A DNA stretch of 64,000 nucleotides from an uncultured delta proteobacterium (lineage in GTDB: Bacteria; Myxococcota; Myxococcia; SLRQ01). The notes under the pieces were generated by a model. The model was not told the DNA's origin and did no database searches. It saw only the letters and a program-made list of their open reading frames with translations. The position numbers were made by a program, and so were the translations under genes. Of the stretch, positions 1 to 10,036 are shown one piece after another (the first letter of the stretch is position 1; each line of letters opens with the position of its first letter). The stretch covers positions 416,001 through 480,000 of the forward strand of contig CAVSGM010000002.1 of NCBI GenBank assembly GCA_963727485.1, in the 5' to 3' direction.

Positions 1-1324
1 TCTCCACCTGGGCCTCCCAGAGGGCGAAGCTGGTGCGCGGTCCCACGTGGCCGCCGCACTCGCGGCCCTCGAAGACGAAGCGCCGGGCGCCGTCCTTGAG
101 GAAGAGCTCGAGGAGCCCCGGGGACGGCACGTGGAGGAAGGTGGGGATGCCCGCGGCCTCGAGGGTGCGGGCCTGGGCCGGGCGGCCGCCGGCGATGAGG
201 GCCGCCGGGGGGTGCACCGCCTCGATGGCGGCGAGCTGCTCGGCCCGGAGCGCCGGGGGCACGAAGCCGAGGATGCCCACGCCCCAGGGCCGGTCGCCGA
301 GGCGCTGCTTCGTCTCCTCGAGGACCTTCCGGGCCCGGTCACCGGGCATCAGCGAGAGGGCGAGGAACGGCAGCCCGCCCCCGGCGCTCACCGCGGCGGC
401 GAAGGCGGGGACGTCGCTGACCCGGGTCATGGGGCCCTGGGCCACCGGGTACTCGAGGCCGTGGGTGCGGGCGACGCCGGCGCCTGGGGCCAGGGGCTTG
501 ACCGCCCGGGCCTGGCGCAGGTGGGCCCCGATGGCGGCCTCGAGGCCCCGGACCAGAGCCCCGGCGGTGGTGAAGCGCCTGGCCAGCGGCGCGGCGAAGG
601 CGGCGTCCTGCCCCGCCGGGAGGAGCGCGTCCTCGAGGGCCTCGGCGGCGCCGAGGGTCCCCGGGAGCCCGACCGCCAGGTCGTCCACCGGGAGGTTCGG
701 GCGCACGTAGACCCGGTAGCCCGCGCGGATCTCGGTCTCGCTGCCGTCCATGGCGGCGATGGCGCCCTTCACCGCGTCGGGGAGGCCCGACTCACGCACC
801 AGGGCGAGCTGGGCGTCGAGGACCACGCCGGTGGCGCCGCCCACGACGCAGGCGGCCGCGGTGCGCAGCCCCACCCCGCCCTGGACCCAGATCGGCCGGT
901 CGGTGACCCGGCGCAGGCGCTGGAGGAGGACGAAGCTCCCCTCCTCGCCGACCCGGCCGCCGCTCTCGTGGCCCTTGGCGACGAGGCCCGCGGCGCCGGC
1001 GGCGAGCGCCGCCCGGGCCTCGGCCTCGGAGGTGACCTGGACCAGGACCCGGCGGCCGGCGAACGGCCCCAGGTCGCGCCCGGCGTCGACCAGGAGGGTG
1101 GCGGCCTCCGCCGGGAGCGCCGGGACCTCGACGCCCTCGGGGATGCGGACGCCGAAGGGGACGCCCGTCGCCTGCAGGTGTGCCAGCGCTTCGGCCGCCT
1201 CGGTGGCGTCCCGCCCCAGGTCGAGGATCCCCAGCCCCCCGGCCCGGCTGACGGCCTCCACCAGGGCGGCGTCGGCGCGCTCGAAGGGGCAGAGCCCCAG
1301 GATGAGGTCGCGTGGATCCGCCAT
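1..1324 (-). CDS. 5' part of a large type I PKS/FAS-like enzyme with tandem N-terminal FabK/nitronate-monooxygenase-like (FMN TIM-barrel) domains; runs off the window
   Basis: Not in the ORF track (open end). Translated by hand from ATG at 1324: MADPRDLILGLCPFE...LVAKGHESGGRVG...PVAQGPMTRVSD...LHVPSPGLL...FVFEGRECGGHVGPRTSF. Two NPD-like repeats like this are typical of the N-terminus of this PKS class. The PKS identity is inferred because no KS domain lies inside the window. Confidence 0.7.
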   Translation of the reverse strand, partial: MADPRDLILGLCPFERADAALVEAVSRAGGLGILDLGRDATEAAEALAHLQATGVPFGVRIPEGVEVPALPAEAATLLVDAGRDLGPFAGRRVLVQVTSEAEARAALAAGAAGLVAKGHESGGRVGEEGSFVLLQRLRRVTDRPIWVQGGVGLRTAAACVVGGATGVVLDAQLALVRESGLPDAVKGAIAAMDGSETEIRAGYRVYVRPNLPVDDLAVGLPGTLGAAEALEDALLPAGQDAAFAAPLARRFTTAGALVRGLEAAIGAHLRQARAVKPLAPGAGVARTHGLEYPVAQGPMTRVSDVPAFAAAVSAGGGLPFLALSLMPGDRARKVLEETKQRLGDRPWGVGILGFVPPALRAEQLAAIEAVHPPAALIAGGRPAQARTLEAAGIPTFLHVPSPGLLELFLKDGARRFVFEGRECGGHVGPRTSFALWEAQVE

Positions 1325-1367
1325 GCCGTCGCCGCTGTCTGAAGCTCCCGACCCCCGGGATCTCCAG

Positions 1368-1376
1368 AAGATAGCA
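1368..1376 (-). promoter_or_regulatory. putative extended -10 element (TG-C-TATCTT) for the PKS-like gene
   Basis: The minus strand reads CGTGCTATCTT about 45 nt upstream of the ATG. Confidence 0.35.
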
Positions 1377-1494
1377 CGGATCCTGGAGGTATCGCCTTAC
1401 CGTCCGCCGGGGGCAGGGGGCGTCCGATCTCCGGACGATTTCCCGCCCGTTTCGGGACCCGGATCGGGGGCGGGGCTGGCGGCACGGGCCTCGG

Positions 1495-1996
1495 CTTGAA
1501 GGCGAAGGGGAGGACGAGCTCCACGTCGTCATCCGCCGCGGGCTGGGGGAAGCGCCAGCCGGCGACGAGGTCGAGGACGCAGCGGCTGAGGGCGTCACCC
1601 GGCGGGATCTTCGGAGGTGGCGTCGACGCTCGGGCCGGTGACCGAGCCGTCGGGGTTCACCGGGACGCGGACGACCAGGACGCCCGTGAGCTTGGGGTGG
1701 TCGTGGAGCGCGTGCTCGTAGCAGGCCTCGAGGGCCTTGGCGTGGGTGGCGACGACGGCGCGGATGGCCGGGGCGGAGAGGCCGGCGCTGCGGGGTTGCG
1801 TGCCCTTGGCAGAGCCCCGGGCACCTTGTGGTCCGGATTGCCCGCTTCCCGCCGCCGAGGTGGAGGCCGTCCCGGAGTTGGATGCCCGACCCGCGGCGGT
1901 GGAGGTGGTGCAGGCCGAGATGAGGGCCGTGGCGACGAGTGGCACGGCGCAGGAGAGAACGGCCCGTTGGACGACGCGCCTGCGGGGTCCCGTCAC
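1495..1996 (-). CDS. AgmX/PglI C-terminal (TonB-C-like) domain lipoprotein, frameshifted near 1605; 3' end uncertain
   Basis: Lipobox-like LISAC and IRAVV...LEACYEHAL...LTGVLVV...VNPDGSV. The domain continues in another frame as DALSRCVLDLVAGWRFPQP...VELVLPFAF. Confidence 0.6.
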
Positions 1997-2032
1997 CGGG
2001 GGGGCCGGCGACCTTAGCCGGCGGTGCCGGCT

Positions 2033-3178
2033 CTAGCGCGCCCCCAGGATCGACGCGGCGATGACCACCCGCTGGATCTCGCTGGTCCCCTCGTAGATCT
2101 CGGTGATCCGGGCGTCGCGGTAGTGCCGCTCCATGGGGTACTCCAGCGAGTACCCGTTGCCGCCGAAGATCTGCAGGGCCTGGTGGGTGACGAAGGTCGC
2201 GGTCTCGCTCGCGTAGACCTTGGCCATGGCCGACTCCTTGGAGTGGCGCACGCCCTGGTCCTTCAGCCACGCGGCCCGCCAGGTGAGCAGCCGCGCCGCG
2301 TCGAGGCGGGTGCCCATGTCGGCGAGCTTGAACTGGATGGCCTGGAGCTTGGCGATGGGCCCGCCGAAGGCCTCGCGCTCGAGGGCGTAGTCGCGGGCCT
2401 TCTCGAAGGCGGCCTGGGCGATGCCCAGCGCCTGGGCGGCGATGCCGATGCGCCCGCCGTCGAGGGTGCTCATGGCCACCTTGAAGCCCTCACCGTGCTT
2501 CCCCAGGACGTTCTCCTTGGGGACCTTGCAGTCCTCCATGAAGATCGCCGAGGACCAGGCGGCGCGGATGCCCATCTTCTTCTCGGGGGACGAGACGTTG
2601 AACCCCGGGGTCTTGGTGTCGACGATGAAGGCGGTGATGCCCCGGGTGCCCTTCTCGGGCTCGGTCATGGCGAAGACCACCGCGCCGTCGGCGCTGGGCC
2701 CGTTGGTGATCCAGTTCTTGGTGCCGTTGAGCACGTAGTGGTCGCCCTCGATGCGGGCGGTGGTCTTCTGGGCCGCGGCGTCGGAGCCGGCCTGGGGCTC
2801 GGTGAGGCAGAAGCACCCGAGCTTCCTCCCCTGGGCGAAGGGGGTGAGCCAGGTCTGCTTCTGCGCCTCGGTGCCGAAGCGCTCCACCGGGTCGCAGTAG
2901 AGGGAGTTGTTCACCGACATGATGACGCCGGTGGAGGCGCAGCCGCGGCTGACCTCCTCCATGGCCACCGCGTAGGCCACGTGGTCCATCCCCGCCCCAC
3001 CCCATTCCTCGGGGACGGCGACGCCCATCAGACCCAGCTCCGCCAGCCGCGGGAGGACCTCGGCGGGGAAGTGCTTCTCCTCATCCCAGCGGCCGGCGTT
3101 GGGGGCGAGCTCGCGGTCGGCGAGCTCCCGGACGGTCCGCCGAAGCATCTGCTGCTCTTCGTTCAGCTCGATCTGCAT
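2033..3178 (-). CDS. acyl-CoA (butyryl-CoA-type) dehydrogenase
   Basis: FCLTEPQAGSD, LNGTKNWITNG, GGRIGIAAQALG and IYEGTSEIQR motifs. Confidence 0.95.
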   Translation of the reverse strand: MQIELNEEQQMLRRTVRELADRELAPNAGRWDEEKHFPAEVLPRLAELGLMGVAVPEEWGGAGMDHVAYAVAMEEVSRGCASTGVIMSVNNSLYCDPVERFGTEAQKQTWLTPFAQGRKLGCFCLTEPQAGSDAAAQKTTARIEGDHYVLNGTKNWITNGPSADGAVVFAMTEPEKGTRGITAFIVDTKTPGFNVSSPEKKMGIRAAWSSAIFMEDCKVPKENVLGKHGEGFKVAMSTLDGGRIGIAAQALGIAQAAFEKARDYALEREAFGGPIAKLQAIQFKLADMGTRLDAARLLTWRAAWLKDQGVRHSKESAMAKVYASETATFVTHQALQIFGGNGYSLEYPMERHYRDARITEIYEGTSEIQRVVIAASILGAR

Positions 3179-3221
3179 GGCACGTCCTTTCGGCGGGTCC
3201 GCCGCCGGGTGAGCGGTGAAC

Positions 3222-4010
3222 CTAGTGGCCGGTGAACTCGGGCTTGCGCTTCCCCAAGAACGCCTTCATCCCCTCGCGCATGTCGCTGGTGCCGAAGAGG
3301 AGCCCGAAGGCCTGCTGCTCCATCTGGTTGGCGGCCCGGAGCCCCTCGTCGTAGCCGAGCTCGGTGACCCGCTTCGCCTGGGCCACCGCCAGTGGCGCCT
3401 TGGCGGCGATCTCCTGGGCCTTGGCCATGGCCTTCGCCCGCAGCGTCTCCAGGGGGTAGACGTCGAGGACCAGGCCGATCTCCTTGGCCTTGGCGGCGTC
3501 GATCATCTCGCCGGTGTACATCAGCTCCCGGGCGCGCTGGAGGCCCACCCGGCGGATGAGGCGCTGGGTGCCGCCGAAGCCCGGGGTGACCCCGAGGTTG
3601 ACCTCGGGCTGGCCGAAGCGCGCGTTCTCCGAGCAGTAGGCGAGATCGCAGGCGAGCATCAGCTCGCAGCCGCCGCCGAGCGCGTAGCCGTTGACCGCGG
3701 CGATGACCGGGAAGGGCACGGCGGTCAGCAGGTCGAAGACCCGGTGACCCAGCGCGGAGAACGCCCGGGCGTCCTCGACCCCCAGCTCGACCATCTCGGA
3801 GATGTCGGCGCCGGCGACGAAGGCCCGGTCGCCGGTGCCGGTGAGGACGATGACCCGGGTCTCGTCCCGGTGGTCGTGGTGGAGCTCGGTGAGGCAGGCC
3901 TTCAGCTCCCGGAGGGTGTGGGAGTTGAGGGCGTTCATCGCCTTGGGCCGGTTGATGGCGATGGTGACGACGAAGCCTTCGCGCTCGACGACCAGGTTGT
4001 CGTAGGTCAT
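3222..4010 (-). CDS. crt: enoyl-CoA hydratase (crotonase)
   Basis: INRPKAMNALN, AFVAGADI, NGYALGGGCEL, FGQPEVNLG. Start moved to ATG 4010, which follows a GGAGG RBS. Confidence 0.9.
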   Translation of the reverse strand: MTYDNLVVEREGFVVTIAINRPKAMNALNSHTLRELKACLTELHHDHRDETRVIVLTGTGDRAFVAGADISEMVELGVEDARAFSALGHRVFDLLTAVPFPVIAAVNGYALGGGCELMLACDLAYCSENARFGQPEVNLGVTPGFGGTQRLIRRVGLQRARELMYTGEMIDAAKAKEIGLVLDVYPLETLRAKAMAKAQEIAAKAPLAVAQAKRVTELGYDEGLRAANQMEQQAFGLLFGTSDMREGMKAFLGKRKPEFTGH

Positions 4011-4021
4011 GGGGACCTCCT

Positions 4022-4876
4022 TCAGCTCTCGTAGGTGTAGACGCCGCGGCCGCTCTTCCGGCCGTACCACCCGGCGTCGACGTACTGGCGCAGCAGCGGG
4101 CAGGGCCGGTACTTGGCGTCGCCGAGGCCCGTGTGGAGGACCTCCATGATCGCCAGGCAGGTGTCGAGGCCGATGAAGTCGGCGAGGGTGAGCGGCCCCA
4201 TGGGCTGGTTGGTGCCGAGCTTCATCCCGGTGTCGATGTCCTCGGCCGAGGCGACGCCCTCCATCAGGGCGTAGAAGGCCTCGTTGATCATCGGCAGGAG
4301 GATGCGGTTGACCACGAAGCCCGGGTAGTCGCGGCTGGTGCTCACCGTCTTGCCCAGGGTCCCGGCGAGGCCGAGGGTGGCCGCGTGGGTCTCCTCGGAG
4401 GTGGCGATGCCCCGGATGACCTCGACCAGCTTCATGATCGGCACCGGGTTCATGAAGTGCATCCCGATGACCTGCTCGGGGCGCCCGGTGGCCGCGGCGA
4501 GGCGGGTGATGGAGATGGACGAGGTGTTCGACGCCAGGATCGCCTCGGGGCGGAGGATCCCGTCGAGCTCGGCGAAGAGCCGGGTCTTGATCTCCTCGTT
4601 CTCGATGATGGCCTCGACCACGAAGTCGCAGTCCTTCAGGGCCTTGAGGTCGGTGCCGCTGGTGATGCGTCCGAGGGCTTCGTCCTTGCCGGCGGCGTCG
4701 AGCTTCTCCTTCTTGACCAGCCGGTCCAGGCTCTTGCCGATGCCGGCGAGGCCCCGCTCGACGAAGCGGTCCTCGGTGTCCACCAGGTGCACCTTCAGGC
4801 CCGACTGGGCCGCCACCTGGGCGATGCCACTGCCCATCTGTCCGGCGCCGACGACGCCGAGGGTCTCGATCTTCAT
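4022..4876 (-). CDS. hbd: 3-hydroxybutyryl-CoA dehydrogenase
   Basis: [11 protein letters not shown]ossmann motif, [26 protein letters not shown]. Confidence 0.93.
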   Translation of the reverse strand: MKIETLGVVGAGQMGSGIAQVAAQSGLKVHLVDTEDRFVERGLAGIGKSLDRLVKKEKLDAAGKDEALGRITSGTDLKALKDCDFVVEAIIENEEIKTRLFAELDGILRPEAILASNTSSISITRLAAATGRPEQVIGMHFMNPVPIMKLVEVIRGIATSEETHAATLGLAGTLGKTVSTSRDYPGFVVNRILLPMINEAFYALMEGVASAEDIDTGMKLGTNQPMGPLTLADFIGLDTCLAIMEVLHTGLGDAKYRPCPLLRQYVDAGWYGRKSGRGVYTYES

Positions 4877-4975
4877 CAGAGCCTCCTCGTGGCCAGGGCG
4901 CCCGGGGCGCCCCGCGCGGTTGGGGCCCGGGTTATAGGTCTGGGGCCGGCCGAGGTAAAGGCCGGCGTCCGGGCC

Positions 4976-5347
4976 TCACCGGGCGGCGAGGTAGACCACC
5001 ACGTCGCCGGGCTGCGAGGCGTCGAGGTGGCGCTCGACCACGGTGACCTTGCCGCCCAGGTGGGTGATCCGGGCGGTGAGCAGCAGGTCCTTCGGGGGCA
5101 CGGCGATCTCGTGGGTCACCCGCTCCGGCGCCTGGCCCGGCGCGAAGCTCCAGTGGCTCTCACGGACCAGGGTGTCGCCGGCGTGGTAGGCGACGGTCAG
5201 GCCCACGTCGGTGCCCCGGCCGGCGCCCAGGTCGTAGGAGAGGGTCCGCTTCACCGGGACCCCCGGCCGGCGCATGAACCACAGGGCCCCGGCGATGCCG
5301 ATGGCGAGCACCACCAGGGCCGGCACCCGGCGCTTGGGACGGCTCAT
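4976..5347 (-). CDS. hypothetical membrane-anchored protein
   Basis: ATG at 5347 (MSRPKRRVPALVVLAIGIAGALWF) overlaps, as ATGA, the alternative-frame stop of the upstream gene. Confidence 0.6.
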   Translation of the reverse strand: MSRPKRRVPALVVLAIGIAGALWFMRRPGVPVKRTLSYDLGAGRGTDVGLTVAYHAGDTLVRESHWSFAPGQAPERVTHEIAVPPKDLLLTARITHLGGKVTVVERHLDASQPGDVVVYLAAR

Positions 5348-5794
5348 CCGTCCTCGACCTCGTCGACCTCGTCGAGCCCGGCGCCCGGCCCCGCGCCGGG
5401 TCTTCACCGACTTCGACTCGACCTTGGGGATGACCTCGCCGTCCTCGTTGCGGCGGAACGCCAGGGTGGCGTTCACGTCCACGGTGATCCCGGCCAGGGC
5501 CTTGGAGAGCTCGCCGGCGATGTTGGCGTGCTCGAGGAAGCGCCGCAGCTCCAGGGCGATCATCTTGAAGAGCTCGGCCCGGGCCTTCTCGCTCTGGGCC
5601 AGGAGGTTGCCCACCGCCTCGCGCGGCAGCTTCAGGTCGCCGACGACGTTGCGGATGCCCTCCTCGGTCATGAACAGGGCCCCGACCCCGGCGAGCGCCA
5701 GCTTCTTCACCGCGTCGGGGACGAAGCCCTCGATGCGGGAACGCACCCGGTCGGTGTCGGGGTCGCGCCCGGGTCCCTTGTCCTGCTCTGGCAT
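5344..5794 (-). CDS. phasin-like conserved hypothetical protein, probably frameshifted near 5385 (appears fused to the downstream gene in the ORF track)
   Basis: KKLALAGVGALFMTEEGIR amphipathic segment. An alternative frame ends LDEVDEVEDG-stop exactly over the next ATG. Confidence 0.55.
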
Positions 5795-5807
5795 GCGGCC
5801 TCCTGGG

Positions 5808-6257
5808 CTACTTCTTGAGATTGAGCGTGAACTGTACCCCAGGGCGGTTGCTCGCGTGGCCCGCGGCGTCGGTGACCTCGAGGTCCACCCAGAAGGTCAT
5901 CCCGTCGGTGACGTTCGCCAGCTGCAGGGGGGCGTCGACGTACATCACCCCCGCCGCCGCCGAGGCATCGAGCTTCGAGGCCTGGAACACCGTGGCCAGG
6001 GCCTCGTCCTGCACCAGGGTCTTCTGGTCGAGATAGAGGGTGTAGGTCCCGTTCCCCAGATCGCCGTCGGTGTCGCTGAAGTCCACGGCGAGCTTGAGCA
6101 GGAACGGGTCCTGGGGCGCCTGGCAGGCGTCGGAGGTGGCGCACCGGAGCCCGGTGAGGTGGGGGGTGCCCGGAGGCGGCCCGCAGGCGGCGACCCCGAG
6201 GACGAGCCCGAGGACCACGACGAGGCCCGGGGCCCAGCGCAGGGGCGCCCGGCCCAC
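5808..6257 (-). CDS. hypothetical lipoprotein (beta-sandwich-like)
   Basis: The GTG overlaps the mrp stop codon; lipobox LGVAAC; FSDTDGDLG motif. Confidence 0.65.
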   Translation of the reverse strand: MGRAPLRWAPGLVVVLGLVLGVAACGPPPGTPHLTGLRCATSDACQAPQDPFLLKLAVDFSDTDGDLGNGTYTLYLDQKTLVQDEALATVFQASKLDASAAAGVMYVDAPLQLANVTDGMTFWVDLEVTDAAGHASNRPGVQFTLNLKK

Positions 6258-7360
6258 TAGGGGACCATCCGCAGGATCGGCGCCTCGTCCTTGCCGGCGC
6301 CGACGGCCTCGACGCTCACCCGGTGGGCGACCTGCCGGGCGACCTCGAAGATGGCCTTGGCCTCGGCGCCCTCGGGCTCGGCGAGGACGATGGGCCGGCC
6401 CACGTCGCCGCTCTCGCGCACCGCGGCGTGGAGGGGCACCGCCCCCAAGAACGGGATCCCCGCGCCCTCGGCGTAGCGCTCGCCGCCGCCCCGGGCGAAG
6501 ACGTCGGTCTCCTCGCCGCAGTGGGGGCAGACGAAGAAGCTCATGTTCTCCACCACGCCGAGCACCGGGACCCCGACCTTGTCGAACATCCCCTTGGCGC
6601 GCTTCACGTCGGCGAGCGCCACGTCCTGGGGGGTGGTGACCAGCACCGCCCCGGCGGCGCGGACCTGCTGGGCGATGGTGAGCTGCACGTCGCCGGTCCC
6701 CGGCGGCAGGTCGAGGACCAGGTAGTCGAGCTCGCCCCAGTCGACGTCCCGGAGGAACTGCACCAGGGCCTGGTCGAGCATCGGGCCCCGCCAGATCATG
6801 GCCTGCTCGGGCTCGACCAGGTAGCCGATGGACATGGTCTTCAGGCCCCGGCCCACCACCGGGTCGAGGTGCTTGCCGTCGGCGCTGGTGGGCTTCTCCT
6901 GGGCGATGCCCAGCATGGTGGGCACCGAGGGGCCGTAGACGTCGGCGTCGAGGATGCCGACCTTGGCCCCGAGCTGCTGGAGGGCCATGGCCAGGTTCAC
7001 GGCGATGGTGCTCTTCCCCACCCCGCCCTTGCCGGAGCCCACGAGGATCACGTTGCGCACCGACTCGGGGAGGATCCGCCCGCCGCCGAGGCCCCCGCCG
7101 GTGACCTCCCGGACCGAGGCGGTGAGGTTCACCGCCACCTCGGTGACCCCGGGGAGCTTCTCCACCGCCTCCCGGGCCTGGGACTCGAGGACCTCCTTGA
7201 TGGGACACGCCGGGGTGGTGAGATCGAGGGTGAAGGCGACCTTCCCGCCCTCGATCTTCACGTCCTTGACGAAGCCCAGGCTCACCACGTCCTGGTGGAG
7301 GTCCGGATCCTGAACGGCGCGCAGCGCCTGGCGAACGGCGTCCTCGGTGACCTGGCTCAT
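6257..7360 (-). CDS. mrp: Mrp/NBP35 (ApbC) iron-sulfur cluster carrier ATPase
   Basis: LTTPACP N-terminal domain, SGKGGVGKST Walker A, DLPPGTGD, ENMS.FVCPHC. Confidence 0.93.
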   Translation of the reverse strand: MSQVTEDAVRQALRAVQDPDLHQDVVSLGFVKDVKIEGGKVAFTLDLTTPACPIKEVLESQAREAVEKLPGVTEVAVNLTASVREVTGGGLGGGRILPESVRNVILVGSGKGGVGKSTIAVNLAMALQQLGAKVGILDADVYGPSVPTMLGIAQEKPTSADGKHLDPVVGRGLKTMSIGYLVEPEQAMIWRGPMLDQALVQFLRDVDWGELDYLVLDLPPGTGDVQLTIAQQVRAAGAVLVTTPQDVALADVKRAKGMFDKVGVPVLGVVENMSFFVCPHCGEETDVFARGGGERYAEGAGIPFLGAVPLHAAVRESGDVGRPIVLAEPEGAEAKAIFEVARQVAHRVSVEAVGAGKDEAPILRMVP

Positions 7361-7464
7361 CTCGCGACTGGCTCCTTGATGCGGGTAGGCCCCGCGGGGT
7401 GCGGGGATCATCGGTGGCCCCGGACGACCGGTCAAGGCTGGCGGCCGGGGCGATGGGAGGGGGG

Positions 7465-8127
7465 TCAACGCAGGGCGGCGACGTGCCAGGCCCCGGCCTC
7501 GAGCACGAGGCGCAGGCGCTGGCCGCCGCCGAGGGGAAGATAGGCCCGGTCCGCGGTCACGACCACGGTGGCGCCCCCGGTGAGGGCGGCGCGGACCCGG
7601 TCCACCGCGCCCCGGGCGGCGCTGGCGGCGGCGCGGTAGTCGCGGGCGAGGCGCGCCGGGGTGTAGCGGGCGCGCAGGGCGCCCGAGAGGGCCGCGTAGG
7701 CGGCCTGGAAGTCCTCGCGATCCACCGCTTGGACGAAGGCCGCGGCGGCGGCCCGGGCGGCGGCGGCGGCGCCCGGAGACGGGATCGGGCCCTGTGGCGG
7801 GAGCACCCCCCAGCCGGCGCCCCGGGCCTCGAGCACCGGGTGCGCCGGGTCCGAGGCCGGGGCCACCACCAGGTCGGTGGCCGCGGCCCGGGCGGCGGCC
7901 GCCCCCTGGCGCCGGGCGGCGGGGGTGGCGTAGTGGGCCCCGAAGGCGGCGCGGCTCACCTTCCGCCGGTAGGCCGGCGCGGTGAGGGCGTAGGCCCGGT
8001 CGAGGCGCCCGGCGTCGAGGGCCCGGGCGTAGGCGTCGAGGGTCGCCGCCGGGCCCTTCGGGGGGACGCAGGCGGCGGCGAGGACGAGGGCCGCCAGGGA
8101 GGCGGCGACCAGGAGGCGCCGGCCCAT
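7465..8127 (-). CDS. hypothetical lipoprotein
   Basis: Signal peptide with lipobox LAAAC; two similar NTF2-like repeats (AYAL...YR). Confidence 0.65.
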   Translation of the reverse strand: MGRRLLVAASLAALVLAAACVPPKGPAATLDAYARALDAGRLDRAYALTAPAYRRKVSRAAFGAHYATPAARRQGAAAARAAATDLVVAPASDPAHPVLEARGAGWGVLPPQGPIPSPGAAAAARAAAAAFVQAVDREDFQAAYAALSGALRARYTPARLARDYRAAASAARGAVDRVRAALTGGATVVVTADRAYLPLGGGQRLRLVLEAGAWHVAALR

Positions 8128-8136
8128 GGGGGCGAT

Positions 8137-9906
8137 CTACCACCCCCGGCGGCGCAAGGGCCACACCGCCCACACCGACGCCGGGCGCCTCGCCGCGGCG
8201 AGCGCCCAGGCGAGGTCGAAGCCGGCGTCCTCGTCGAGGACCCGGCCGCCGGCCAGCGCCCCCACGACCTCCCCGGCCCGGGGGGCGAGGCCCATGCGCC
8301 GGATGAGCCGGGGCAGGAGGGCCGGCCCGGCGGTCTCGAGGACCACCAGCTCGGTGTGGGCCTCGGGGGCCAGCCCGGCCATCTCCCGGGCCCGGGCCAC
8401 CGCGTCCTCGAAGCCCCCGAGCTCGTCCACCAGGCCCACCTTCTCGGCCCGGATCCCGGTGTAGACCCGGCCCTCGGCGCGGCGGGCGACCTCGGCCTCG
8501 TCCATGCCCCGGCCCTCGGCGACCCGGGCGATGAAGTCGGCGTAGATCTCGTCGAGGTCCCGGTCCATGGCCGCCCGCTCGCCGTCGGTGGGCGCCCGGC
8601 TCGGGGTCCCCAGGGCGGCGTTCTCGCCCCGGGCGAGGATCTCCCGGGTGACGCCGACCTTCTCCAGGAGCCCGGAGACGTCGAAGAGGGCGGCGATGAC
8701 GCCGATGGAGCCGGTGAGCACCGCCGGGCTGGCGACGATCCGGCTGGCCCCGGCGGCGACGTAGTAGCCCCCGGAGGCGGCGACCGAGTCGAGGAAGGCG
8801 ACCACCGGCTTCTTCTCGGCGGTCCGGCGCACCTCGCGCCAGATGAGGTCCGAGGCGAGCGGCGAGCCCCCCCGGGAGTCGACATGGAGGACCACCGCCT
8901 TCACCGACGGCTCCTCCCGGGCGACCTCGAGGCTCTCGGCCACCGAGCGGGCCCCGGCGACCCGGCCGCCGGTGGCCAGGATCCGGCTCTCGCCCTCGGT
9001 GATGAGGCCCCGCACCGGCACCACCGCCACCAGGCGCCGGCGCCGGAGCACCGGCTTCCAGTCGATGGGCTCCCGGCGGGTGGCGCGGTAGCCGGCCCAG
9101 GGGGCCAGCCGCGCCTTCCTCTGCCCCTCGGCCGCGAGCCGGGCCGGGAGCTCGTCGCCGTAGCACACCCCGTCGGCGAGGCCGGCGACCACCGCCCGGC
9201 GCGCGGTGTAGGGCCCGTCGTCGACGCGGGCCCGGGCGGCGTCCCGGTCAATCCCCCGGCCCTCGGCCACCGCGTCCAGGAGGCGGTCGTAGAGGTCGTC
9301 GAGGATGCCGTCGAGGTCCTCCCGGGCCTCGGGGCTCATCCCGTCCCGGGAGGCGATCTCGCCGGCGGACTTGTAGGCCCCGCGCTGGAACACCGTGGCC
9401 CGGGCCCCGACCTTCTCCAGGGCGGCCCGCGCGGTGGTCCCCTCGACGGCGAAGCCCCGGAGGTCGAGGCGGCCCGCCGGCGCCAGGAACGCCCGGTCGG
9501 CGGCGAGGAGGAGCAGCGCCTCCCGGGTCCCGGCCTCGGGGGTCCAGACCACCACCTCCTTGCCCGCGGCCCGGAGCCGGGCGAGGTGCTCCCGGAGGGC
9601 GTCGACCTTGGGGAGGTCGGCCTCGAGATCGACCAGGCGCAGCACCACCCCCCGGACCCGCCGGGCCCCGGCGAGGGCGTCGAAGCGCCGGCCCAGGGTC
9701 TGGAGATCGTCGCTGGTGGGACGTCCGGCGACGCGATCGAAGAGGCGCCGCAGCCGCGGGACCGGGCGGTAGGCCAGGTGCCCGGTGAGCTCGAAGGTCA
9801 CGTAGTCGGGCGCCTGGGGCTTGATCCACAGGGTCTTGAGGAGGTTCTGGGTGCCCGTGAAGAGGGCGACCACCAGGTTTCGGACGAGGGTGACCAGGAC
9901 GCGCAT
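8137..9906 (-). CDS. sppA: signal peptide peptidase SppA (S49, two-domain)
   Basis: YKSAGE, VDSRGGS, AASGGYYVA, TGSIGV, AEGRVYTG, GLVDELGG. Confidence 0.9.
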   Translation of the reverse strand: MRVLVTLVRNLVVALFTGTQNLLKTLWIKPQAPDYVTFELTGHLAYRPVPRLRRLFDRVAGRPTSDDLQTLGRRFDALAGARRVRGVVLRLVDLEADLPKVDALREHLARLRAAGKEVVVWTPEAGTREALLLLAADRAFLAPAGRLDLRGFAVEGTTARAALEKVGARATVFQRGAYKSAGEIASRDGMSPEAREDLDGILDDLYDRLLDAVAEGRGIDRDAARARVDDGPYTARRAVVAGLADGVCYGDELPARLAAEGQRKARLAPWAGYRATRREPIDWKPVLRRRRLVAVVPVRGLITEGESRILATGGRVAGARSVAESLEVAREEPSVKAVVLHVDSRGGSPLASDLIWREVRRTAEKKPVVAFLDSVAASGGYYVAAGASRIVASPAVLTGSIGVIAALFDVSGLLEKVGVTREILARGENAALGTPSRAPTDGERAAMDRDLDEIYADFIARVAEGRGMDEAEVARRAEGRVYTGIRAEKVGLVDELGGFEDAVARAREMAGLAPEAHTELVVLETAGPALLPRLIRRMGLAPRAGEVVGALAGGRVLDEDAGFDLAWALAAARRPASVWAVWPLRRRGW

Positions 9907-10036
9907 GGCTCGGCTCCCGCGCCACTATAGTCCACCGGAGGCGTCAGGCCCGCCGGGGACGGGCCGTCGCGGGACCATCGCCCCCCTTGGCCCTCCGTTG
10001 ACCCCCATGAACCGGCACCGGTATCATCCCTCACCA

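Noticed and set aside
4976..5794. Apparent fusion of a phasin-like protein with a membrane protein
   Set aside because: The junction is an R/G-rich off-frame stretch; the alternative frame ends in a stop overlapping the second ATG, so two genes plus an indel is the simpler explanation.
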